Below the pieces are notes generated by a model that saw nothing but the letters and a program-made list of their open reading frames with translations, had not been told where the DNA came from and ran no database searches. The translations under genes were made by a program, and so were the position numbers. A stretch of 64,000 bases of DNA from Phallusia mammillata (lineage: Eukaryota), in NCBI GenBank assembly GCA_965637545.1, contig OZ281496.1:15748001-15812000 (forward strand). Direction: 5' to 3'. The first letter of the stretch is position 1; each line of letters starts with the position of its first letter. Below, in pieces: positions 50,352 to 60,868 of this stretch.

Positions 50352-52457
50352 TTATGCTTGTTTTATTTCTATTAAATATTGAAAAATTTGGGCCATGGCT
50401 TGATCAGCTTTATCTTCAGGTAGCTGACCTAACTTGATTCCAACCAACTTTCCAAATTGAGTTGCTTCGCTCTCACCTTCACTGCTAGTGGTGGTCACTT
50501 TGAAAATGGCCTCATTGTTTTCTTTAAGTAATGTCAACAGTTGTTTCTGAAACATTTACATTTGATAAATAAACCATATGATGTCCAGTAGTTTGAAATG
50601 TGCTTGTTGTAATTTGTAGACACTACACTTTTAGTTTATCATATCACAAAATAACTTACTTCAAAGTGTTGCTCTTTTTTGAGTTTATTAGTCTGCACAG
50701 GTTCAGCTGTATCTTCACAATCTAATGCAACAAATTCAGCATCTGTAATCATACTAGGTTTGACTTGTTGTAGGGATTTTATACACTGATGAAATATATC
50801 AAATACAGAACTTCAATATCACATATGGAAGTAAATGCATATGCTTTTCAGTTCCTTCATTAAAGTTTAAATGGTTTACTAAACAAGGTTTATCTAATAA
50901 ATACAAAACAACTTTTTCTCACCACAAGAGTCTAATAGAGCATCTTTACTGCTGGAGCTTGTTAAATCCAGAATGGGTGTAGGCATGTTGTGTACAGTTC
51001 TAAAAACAAATGGTTTATTTCAACTTGTTTTTAGGTCATCAGCTAATGTGACTGCAACCTAATCCTTTCCTAGTGTAAGCTGGTAAAAACTATTTTACTT
51101 TTTTATGTATAAGTGTTTATAATCCTATTCTCAAAACTACACAAATCAATTTGTATGTAGGGGAGATGCGGGACCATTGGGCCAAAATTCAGTTTTTCAT
51201 GACTATTTCTTTGAGTTCGAAAGAAAAATTGCCATTGAACACCTGTACTAATACTACACGTTTTAACACACTTACACAAGGGCATAACTTTCTTATTTGG
51301 AAATGAGTTGGCAAGATATTCCGTTTTAAAAGTTACAAAAAATATGGCTCAAAGGTCCTTACCCTTGGGGACCATTGAGCCTCGCATAAAGGACCTTTGG
51401 GCCAGTATTTTCATGTGATATTCTGGACCATTAAACCACGCATGAGGGAGCTTATTAAGTGTTGTTTTGAAAGTAGAACAATTTTATTGAAAAAGAAATC
51501 TAATATTAATCAAAAGAAATAAATACAACCAGCATCAATAGCTTCATAGGCCAAGGACCTTTGGGCCATGCCCAATGGTCCTGTGAACAACTGGCTCAAT
51601 GGTCCTGTATTGCCGCCATTACGAACTTATCTTACTGAACTACGTTACACAGATTAACTTAAGAAATACTAATGCTCATCTAACGCTACAATTAACTAAC
51701 TAATATCCTGCAAACTTCGTGTTTTAACTAGCTTTCTCTTATAAATAAATTACAAAAATGGAAAGGAGCAAAATATTTACTTTCAAGCTGCGAAAACTTA
51801 GTTATGCTCACAGTTTCTTCTGTAAGTGAGCTTTAAAACTATTGCAACACAAGTACTTTAACGTATGACTGAGAACTCGCTACAGCGGCCAGTTTGAGAG
51901 AAACGCATGATGGCCCAAAGGTCCTTCATGCCCAATGGTCCCGCATCTCCCCTACACCTGGGACATGGAAAACACTGCTACAAATTGCCATTCTGTGACT
52001 CACATTTTACATTTGACTTAAACTGATTTAACTTCAAGCCAGTTAAACTTTGAATGTCGCTAGTAAACTGTACTTAACATTAGGGTCACACGTACAATCT
52101 ATGTCGAAGATGGTCATATAAAAATGTCATATTCTCAAAGTATTCCCATGGACGTTTGCTGCCTGCACCTGATCCACTTCTTTGATCTTTGGCCTTTTTT
52201 TCCTTAGCGTACTTATCTCTTAGACTTCTCCACCTTTTTGTACAGGCTTCCACTAAATATTGTTTCACAGTATAATTTTTGTACAGAAAACAAAAGCATT
52301 TTACTTCTGACAAATTACCTGATTGTCCTAACCCTGCTGAAATTGTTTTCCAATCATTTTCTTTTTTTGTGTGGTCTTTATATTGCTGATGTTTGGAATC
52401 ATACAAAACTGGATGTTCCCTAACAAAATTTATAAGTTTTTCATTAAATGAATCCAT
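50352..52457 (-). CDS. Harbinger partner gene: MADF domain + BESS-like C-terminus, spliced
   Basis: LINFVREHPVLYD..YKD..W..I / CTKRWRSLRDKY..WEYFENMTFL; short in-frame GT-AG intron at ~52250-52315; last exon ATQFGKLVGIKL..AQIFQYL. Middle exons not resolved. Confidence 0.75.
51160..51952. mobile_element. TA-targeting (Tc1/mariner/pogo-type) MITE in intron of the MADF gene
   Basis: Perfect 23-bp TIR GGGGAGATGCGGGACCATTGGGC; TA TSD; about ten internal GGACC(A/T)TTG(G/A)GCC-type motifs in both orientations. Confidence 0.9.
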
Positions 52458-55400
52458 ATCTGCATTTGGAAAACAAATTTAATCAATATTGTTACAGTTG
52501 CAAAAATAATGTAAAAATTCTCAAACAACTACACTCACAGCGTCCAAAATTACATCAAACACTTTGAAATTAAGGTTGAAATGGTTTCATGTGAATATAT
52601 TGCAACCTGTGCAAATAATACGAAAAAAACAAAAATGTAATATCAATTGCACACACTAAACAGCCGTTAGCCGCAATGTAAAAGTTGAATATTTTCAACT
52701 TTGTCGCCAGCCGCAAGAACAAGAAAATTTGCCGCTATTGAAGCCAACCGCAAGCGTCGCAAGATGTGTGACATGTCAACCGTTTGCGGTCAGCCGGTGC
52801 ACGCAACCGTTACACGCAAACCGGACGATGTGTGAACCGAGCTTAAGGCGGACTTATATAAGCTATTGCTGCCAGGCATAGTAAGGCGGACTTGCTGACG
52901 TCCATGTTTTTGACTGCCACTTTGTGTTCCTTGAGGCGTGAATTTAGATTTCGCTTAGTTTGGCCAATGTTATACCATATTACAATCACGACAAGGGAGT
53001 GGGACCTGGTAAACAATTCCTGTACGATGTTGTGGTATAGTGGAATCTTTGGGTTTTGGTAGCAACTGTCCAATTGTTTTAAGAGGTTTCATCGCCACTT
53101 TTACCCAAGCGTCGTTCAGGATTCGTTTTAGGCGTTCAGATACACCCTGGACGTATGGTAAGCAAGTGAACGATTTAAACTGTCTGTTTTGTGCGGTGGT
53201 TGTGTTACGTGTCAGGTTGTGTAAGTTACGCGGGAAGCCGTTGTTCCCTAACACGCGTGCAATGTTCTTGCATTCGTGTTTGCGAATAGCCGTATCCCTG
53301 ATGTGTGTCTTGCCTCTGTTGTAAAGTGTTTTGGCGACTGTAAGCTTTTGGTGCCGAGGATGGTGAGATGTGTAATTTAGGTATCGATCAGTGTTCGTGG
53401 GTTTCTTGTAAATGTTTGTGGTGAGCTTTTGGTATGGCTGCCTGGTGACAGCCACATCCAAAAACGCAGTGGTATCGTGTTGTTCGATTTCCATGGGAAA
53501 GCTATTGTTGGTGATGCGGTGTTCAGGTGTGCGTGAAATGTGTTTACCATGTTACTGTCGATAATGACGTATGTGTCATCCACGTACCTAAGCCACATAC
53601 GTGGCGGTGTGTGGAAAGTTGTAAGTGCCTTTTGCTCGATGTGTTCCATGGTGAGATTAGCGAGAATTGCTGAAATAGGTGTGCCAAAGATCAACCTGTG
53701 CGATCCGACTCCTAACCAGATCTGCGGCAGCTGCGTTGTTGTGGCCGAGTCTTAGGAGACCTGCCTCTGCCGCCCCGATTATTTCCCAGACTGGAACCTT
53801 TTTTGGGGCGATAGCAAACCCGTGGCCCTTTTCCAACACCCGATGTTCCGCATCCGTTAGAGTCTTGGACGACAAGTTTCTGACCCATCTCTTTTTGCTT
53901 GCGTCTTCACCTTTTCTGGTCGTTTTTATCTGCCGGTCTTTTTGTAAAGCCTGGATTTTCTTTTCATGCATCACTAAGCAGCCAGCTGTAGTCGACCTCT
54001 GTCGTTGCGCTGCATACTGCTCCAACATATTTAAACACGGAGGTGCCAAAACCTTTGTAAGCTGTAGCTTTAGTTCCGTGCAGAGCAGTTTGAGTTGTCC
54101 GATTTTTTGATGTGAATCGGTTATTCTGCTTTTGAGCAAAACCCAGCCACATTTGCGAATTATAAAATATGATGACCTGGATTTGTCCGGAGGAGACAGG
54201 CGAAGGCTTTTTGGCAAAATACCTGCCTCCTTGCAGGCGTGATTAAACCTGATATGGCCATACTCTTTTCCGATGGTGCCGACTGCTTTGACATACCTTC
54301 TGGCCGCTAGAAGACTCGCTTCATTATAATCTCTTCTGATTATAGAAAATACTGAACAGGCGTTTCGTTCACCAGGTTGCATACTGGTTACATTTTGCTA
54401 ACTTCGGTACCAAACGCAAAGGTACAAAACATTCACGTGCACAACAAGTATATGGATCTATACGTGTGACTTTAATAATTTTTGATTTTAAATTTTTCAT
54501 GTATCAGAAAATGGCAGCAGCCGCACCAAAATGGCTTATAATATTTCGAAATGGCGATAATCTTGTGAGTAATTCGTATTTTTGTAAGTTTAATCGAAAC
54601 TTGGATCATGCTGTTACCAAACAACACGGAAAACGTCATCATAATACTAAAAGTGTATGGTTGTGTTGTAACGAAAAAGGTGGTGCAGTTGTATTTTGCA
54701 ATATTTTTTTAAATTAAGACCACAAGAAATTCTTAGTTGTCTTCAAAACCTGGTGGAGTTCGCTTTATGTGTAAAAACAAGCAAAACATATTGTGGGGTC
54801 ATATTTAAGATCTTTATTAAAAAGAATAACAAACTTTGTTGCTTAGCAGGTGTAGACTTACAGAATCCCGCATTAAAGTTAACCCCTACTACAAAGCAAG
54901 TTGAATGTTTACTGTCTTCAGTTAATTGATGGTGACAAGGGATATTGTCTTATTGTTTGCACGGTAACAAAACTTTTTTGTAGGTGGTTTGAGAGAATTA
55001 ATTGTGGCCATTTCAATTCTATTAAAAGTGCTCAAGGTGAACGCCTTGACTGGTTAGTTAGAAGAACATTTTCTGGCATATTTTTTGGACTGGAACGTAG
55101 AAAATGTGGTATTTGCTTGCTTTAAAATGATTAACTGAAACTTATGCTGGATGGAAGTTGAGCAAACAAAAGAAAAAAAAAATATTAGCCCTGCCAACAT
55201 TGGAAGGGCTAGTGTTTACCTAAAAAAAAAACTATGTTTGTCTGGCAAGACGCTTGTTGGACAACTACTGTTGCTCAGTGCCTCTTGGAACATTTACCCA
55301 GGATGTAATAGACTTTTTTGGCAACTTAGTAAGTGCTCATAATTCAACATTTTAGTACATCATTCTGTTATAACTAATAGTGCTTGTGACTTAAGCAAAA

Positions 55401-56629
55401 TCAAGGCTCCCGGTCTCAAAATCCGGACATTAACCAGGCTGCTGTTGGGATTCAACACATTACCAGAAAAGTTATAAAAAAGGTTAAAGAGAGCGACACT
55501 ACATTTGGCAAAGTCAATACATAGACTAAAAAAACTTTGCAAAACTCCAATCATCAGAAAATAGTGAAGTGTGTTTGTTAATATATATTCTTAATTTTGC
55601 CATTATAAAACTGTCAGCAAAAAACTTCTTCTCTGATGCTAATTTAGTTTCATTATTTTGTTGTTTGTTAGAAAAAAATCTCAAAAATGTTCAGGTACAG
55701 AAATTACAGTCTATTTTAATATATTTATTTCGATTTTTTTTCAGATCCCCTCGTAATCCTTTGGATTGTTGGATAGACTTTTGAAGCATGTTTGTAATGA
55801 GCTTTTTAGCAAATGTATATGATAGAACACGAATAAATAAATCCACGACATATATATTGGAAAAAAAATGTCACCTCTTCATCAACTTCCAGAATATCAC
55901 ATATTTTACCTTTGATAATGGGTATCTTTGTAAACCTTTTGCAATACAGCGACAAAGTTTATCTTGTTTGCTGGACAAAAACTTTCTCTGGAACATTTGA
56001 GATAAACACTATGTAAAAGCTGCAGAAACTCTGATCGCAACATTTTTATGACGACCTTCGCCGATAAACCTGTACTGGTCGCATTTAACATCATATGCGA
56101 GACTCCCTATTTTCCCCTTTGAAAAAAAAATATATATAAGCACTTATTTAAAAAAATAAGCACTTTCGCCACATAGTTTAACAGCCGGAACATGGGAGAT
56201 GTTCATGGGATTGGCCAGTAACTGTTCTGCATCCAACAAACTTAAAGGCTTGTTATCTGATTTTGACAGCTTTATTTCTATTTTATAATCCTTGCTAAAA
56301 AAGATTTACAGATTTGCTACAAATCGAAATACACATTATTTTATTAGACAAGCCTTTATTATACAAAACGAGAAACAAACAAGCTAGTATCTTTGTATAA
56401 AACATACGGTTTCGACAATCAACTTTTGTCATTCACGAATGAATGTAAAACCGGTAAAAGCAGAAAAACGGCGAGAAACAGGCGCGAATGGCAGGTAAAA
56501 CGTGTAGATAACAGGATAAAAGTTTACATGTTAAAAAGGTACAAGGGTTCGAATTTTGGTCAATATTTACGTCGGGGCTGTGTTCTTGGATGTTAAGAGA
56601 TAATTCCAAAAGCAGCAGCCGAGTATGAT

Positions 56630-56900
56630 CTTTAGACGACGCCAGTACATTGGGGTTGTGGGAATTCACCTTGTGGCTTGGGAAGTGGGTGCACACGGTA
56701 GAATTAATGACCACTTGATGTTTCTTTCATCTAACACCATAATCACACACCAGGAAAGCGCAACGAAATACATGTTTTATTTGGCCAAGAATACAAACGG
56801 CCATTGTTTTGCTCACAATTTACGACTATAACGATTTGAGTCGTATGACTATTCATAGAGTGACAAACCTTTCCAACGATACCCGGATTGTCGCTCTGCC
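56630..56900 (-). pseudogene. Possible THAP-domain remnant
   Basis: VNCEQNNGRLYSWPNKTC..LRFP then, in another frame, STVCTHFPSHK..HNPN; resembles the THAP C..C/FP/CxxHF layout. Confidence 0.35.
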
Positions 56901-57014
56901 TATTCAACTTGTTGCGTGGCGAGGTTTGGAGTATCTTTTTCTTGTAACAGATATGAAATACGTTTTCATCCTCCTGCATCTAAAAATAGTTATAACACTG
57001 AATATGTGCTAGAT

Positions 57015-59224
57015 CAGTGCTCCGCAACCTTTTGCGACTCACGTCACACCATATAAGTTTTATATGTTCGGCGGCACACCCGAACCAAAAATGCGTTTGA
57101 AGATGTACGTAACAGAACAAAAACACATTATAATTGATTCAGTGAGATATCTGGCATTGTTTACGGGAGCACAATCGCGGTATGTTAGGCTCAATATTTG
57201 ACAGTGCAACCCGAAGTTCCTCGTCAAGGCTTTTTAAGCAAGATCGTTTGTCATTTTTTAACAACAATAAAGAGGAAAAGCTTTGTTCGCACAAGTAAGT
57301 TGTGCAAAAATGGAACTTCGTTGAATTTCAATCTCAAAGTCCTGTCGTTTCTTAGTTCAAGAAATTGTTGTCGAATTTGCAAAGACTGTTCTTGTATTGA
57401 CGTTTCGGCATTATTTGCGAACGGATTTTGGATCCAATCGTACTGTTCCGTGTCAAGTGTGAAAAAGTATTGTTCATATTTCTTCTGTAATAAATGAATG
57501 TGTTGTTTGGCTATGTCCAAAACCAACTCTTTATTTGCGACCTCTTCACCCTGGTAGCACCTTGAAAACATTTCCAGCGAACCTCGACCTAACTCACTTT
57601 TCCAGAGTGCTAGTATCTCTTTGAAACTGTTGAGCTTGTTGGAACATGTCAATATGTTTTCATGTTTTCCTTGCATTTTTATGTTAAGTTCATTGAAATG
57701 TTCAAATATATCGGCCATGTAAGCAAGTTTGGATATCCAACGACCGTCTTCAAGATCTTTACGCAACTCGGGTTTGTTCTGGTTAAGTAAAAAACTTCGT
57801 ACTTCGTGCCGAAGCTCGTAAAGTCTTGCAAGACATTTGCCCCTTGACAACCATCGCACAGAAGTGTGAAACAGCAGTGATGGATGTGCTGATCCCATTT
57901 CTTCGCAAAGCAATGTAAAAATGCGCGAATTTAAGGCTTTTGTTTTAATAAAATTGACAATGCGGATACATTGGGCCATCGTTTCTGTCAGTTCTTCTGG
58001 TAAAGTTTTAATCATCAGAGCTTCCCTATGTATGCAACAATGTGTAATTATAATGTTTGGATTTTGATTTTTAGCCAATGCAGTAAAGCCGCTCTCCCTA
58101 CCCAACATTGCTGAGGCACCATCCGTACAAATGTTGATGCAGTTACTCCATTGAATTCCATTGGTTGTAAAAAAATCATCGGTCACACGAAAAATTTCCT
58201 GGCCAGTAGTTCGCTCCGGCATTTCTTTGCAAAATAAATACTCTTCTGAAATTGATTCGCCTTCGACGAAGCGAACCACACTCAACAGCTGTGCTTTGTT
58301 GGTTATGTCTGTTGTTTCATCAACCTGCAGTGAAAACTTCCCAGACGCTTTAAGTTTATGAATTAAAGTTTCTAGAATATCACCAGACATGTCGCCAATC
58401 CGTCTTTTAATAGTATCAGCAGACAATGACACTTTGCTGATCTCCGCAACCTCTTTTGGCCCAAGCATCAATCGAACAATTTCTTGACACGCTGGCTTTA
58501 ATAAAGTTTCGCCAATAGTATGCGGTTTTTTCTGACGTGCTATCAACTTTGCGACTTCATAACTAGCTTCTGAAGCCTTTTCGGAGACAGTGAATGACGT
58601 CTTCATAAGGTGTTTTTGCTTTTTGTTTTGACTGAGAATTCGCTGATAGAATTCTTTATCCTTGTTGGCACAATTAGGGTGCTTTGTTTTTAAATGGCGA
58701 AGAAGTTTGCTTGGAACCATTGCTTCGTTTGCTAGCTGCTCATTACAAATCACACACATTGGATTTGGAGCCTCTTCGTTACCACACCACCAAAATCCAT
58801 AGCGTATATAATCGTCACTGTATTTTCTTTTTACAATTTTTGTTATTTTTGCAATACCGCTTGTGCTGGGTACATTGTCTGTTGCTTTAGCCCTCTTCAA
58901 AAACCTATCCATTATTTGTTTTTTAAAAGATATTCTACTTTTTGGCTACTATGTAAGACTGGGTGCAAAACTGTTGCTAACTCACAATAAACGACCTGTT
59001 CTCACGTACTAACGTTACAATAGTCTTTAATGTGTAAAACAAACTATTAGGCCAAGTTAAAGCATACTATGACGTAATAAAACATGAATGTACAGTGAGT
59101 TGTTACAATGTAGCTTTAGGTTGGTGTTGTGAAAATTATCATTTGCTATAATGTTAAATACAACAAAAAACGTTTAAAAAAGAAAAGTTACGATTTTGCG
59201 GCGGCACACCGATGGGGAGCACTG
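57015..59224 (-). mobile_element. Buster/Charlie hAT element
   Basis: TIRs CAGTGCTCCGCA / GATGGGGAGCACTG; TSD TGCTAGAT at 57007-57014 and 59225-59232. Confidence 0.93.
57251..58912 (-). CDS. Buster-type transposase, 553-aa open frame lacking the C-terminal dimerisation region
   Basis: MDRFLKR, RKYSDDYIRYGF, CVIC..LLRHLKTKH, FSLQVDETTD, CTDGASAM, HCCIHREAL, HTSVRWLSRG, WIQNPF; diverges after LRLKFNEVP, with no FW..TTYLCE.GFS. Confidence 0.9.
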   Translation of the reverse strand: MDRFLKRAKATDNVPSTSGIAKITKIVKRKYSDDYIRYGFWWCGNEEAPNPMCVICNEQLANEAMVPSKLLRHLKTKHPNCANKDKEFYQRILSQNKKQKHLMKTSFTVSEKASEASYEVAKLIARQKKPHTIGETLLKPACQEIVRLMLGPKEVAEISKVSLSADTIKRRIGDMSGDILETLIHKLKASGKFSLQVDETTDITNKAQLLSVVRFVEGESISEEYLFCKEMPERTTGQEIFRVTDDFFTTNGIQWSNCINICTDGASAMLGRESGFTALAKNQNPNIIITHCCIHREALMIKTLPEELTETMAQCIRIVNFIKTKALNSRIFTLLCEEMGSAHPSLLFHTSVRWLSRGKCLARLYELRHEVRSFLLNQNKPELRKDLEDGRWISKLAYMADIFEHFNELNIKMQGKHENILTCSNKLNSFKEILALWKSELGRGSLEMFSRCYQGEEVANKELVLDIAKQHIHLLQKKYEQYFFTLDTEQYDWIQNPFANNAETSIQEQSLQIRQQFLELRNDRTLRLKFNEVPFLHNLLVRTKLFLFIVVKK

Positions 59225-59346
59225 TGCTAGATCATTTCCTGCCATATACACCATTAAGCCAAATTATTGTTTCAAACATTCAAAATTCCTGAGCCACGAA
59301 AATCTGGACTGAAAAGCGTGATTACAAGACAAAATTCGTTACTTAA

Positions 59347-59732
59347 AGATCATGGCAGCAGTTTCTGTTGGAAACAATCATGACGGAGTTCGAAGATGGC
59401 TACCGGTATGTCCTTTGACAATACGCATGCAATACAGTGTATTCTTTAAAAAACGAACACAAATTTTTGCCAATCGTTACTAGCCTTGGTAGTTATTTTC
59501 CAAAAAAGATTTCCTAGTTGATTCGCGTTTTTGTACGAACGTTGTCGTTTTCGAATTTTTGCCCAAAAATAGAGTGCAGACACTTTCTCTTTGCGTATGT
59601 TTTATCTACATGTTTCCCTACTTTTTTTTTATATTTTGTACTTTTTATATTTTGGGTTTTTAGTTTTTGTACAACTATGTCTAAAATTGAAAACTTTTGT
59701 TTTAGTTTTTAGTACCGGAGCTGCCATGATCT
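59347..59732. mobile_element. Kolobok-like MITE (tentative superfamily)
   Basis: Perfect 13-bp TIR AGATCATGGCAGC; flanks TTAA (59343-59346) and TTAT (59733-59736). Confidence 0.6.
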
Positions 59733-60584
59733 TTATTTTTTTTTATTGTGTGGGGTGAATGGAAATCCTTGTGTCAGCTTGGTACGAGCTTTATTCACCT
59801 TTGTCCTGAAACAAAACCAGCTTTTCCGACCAAACTTTGGAAACAATATTTAATAGAACTGTACTTAATGTACTGTTTTGTGCTGGTTATATTTGGACGC
59901 AACACCGTTGGGTAATCAATTGTCAAAGCACTAAGAAAGTTTTTTTAGAAGATGTTGTACATCAGGAATGAAGTACAACAGCTGATCAGCCACTGATGGT
60001 TGTGAAACGCAACATTTCACTTCATCTCTGCCAATTGTAATACTGGACAAAAACTAAGTTACGGTATGTTGAAGTATTGAGTAAAACCACCTGTTGCTAA
60101 CAATGCCAGCTGACTTTCACATTGCTTGATCGCAAGCTACCTCACCACATCACTTATTTTTCATGGATTTAGGAACTTCCACAAAACGCACTTGTTGAAA
60201 GCCCGTTTAGGCCCGATTTTTTTATTGACAGGCCTATCTAAGACAGCCTTGTCACAAATAAAAATAAATAATACAAGGTGACATGAAACCACCTCGTTGT
60301 AGTCGCTTCCGGTGCCGACGCAATCTTTATAGGTTTGATGTTCCGGTTAAAAGATTGTAAACATGTATGTGGTTGGTTAAATTACAATGCTTTATAAAAC
60401 TAATCGTAAAACAACACTAAATTTGGCTGCAAAACAAACCGTATTAATTTAACACACCTGACATAGTGTATGGTTAATTGTTTAGTCTGTGGCACCGTCT
60501 CGAAATTCGCTAAACAAGTTTTGTGATCTTTCCAGTTTCGATATTTTTTTACTGGAACAGCTGATTTGGGAGTTTCATCTGCAG

Positions 60585-60868
60585 CAGGGGTTCCCAACCT
60601 ATGGTACGCGATGGTTTTTCAGGTCGAGTACGTTCCGTTTTGTTTTCAAAAAGCCTGGTTTTACAACTTTATATTTTGTTTACAGTAAACAGAAACAAAA
60701 ATCTGATTCAATTCAGTTGTGGTGCTTTAGTGTTATTTTAGTAGGCCAATACTATTATTCTAAATAAAATAAGATTCGATCAAATTAGTTGTTGTGCAAG
60801 AAGTAGGAAGCGTGGCAGTACAGAGCGTCCAAGCGGTACGAGATCGTAAAAAAGGTTGGGAACCCGTG
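60585..60868. mobile_element. hAT MITE, short member of the 27199-29291 family
   Basis: TIRs CAGGGGTTCCCAACC / GGTTGGGAACCCGTG; TSD ATCTGCAG / ATCTACAG; 3' ~120 bp closely match 29165-29291. Confidence 0.9.

Larger units (their letters stand above)
45050..52843 (+). mobile_element. Formerly autonomous PIF/Harbinger transposon
   Basis: 22-bp TIRs AGGCCGGTTCACACATCGTCCG / CGGACGATGTGTGAACCGAGCT (2 mismatches); TAA TSD at 45047-45049 and 52844-52846; convergent transposase and MADF genes. Confidence 0.93.
44640..54382 (-). mobile_element. Penelope-like retroelement, internally deleted and split by a Harbinger insertion
   Basis: N-terminus 53657-54382 (WVRNLSSKTL..VLEKG..FA), RT GTPISAILANL/WLRYVDD, YRKPT.TDRYL, GIY-YIG YNIGQTKRNLNSRLKEH..KSAL (52846-53000) continuing as CEHVLECDHRINW..QIL at 44870-45046. 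Most of the RT N-terminal core is deleted near 53695. Confidence 0.88.
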
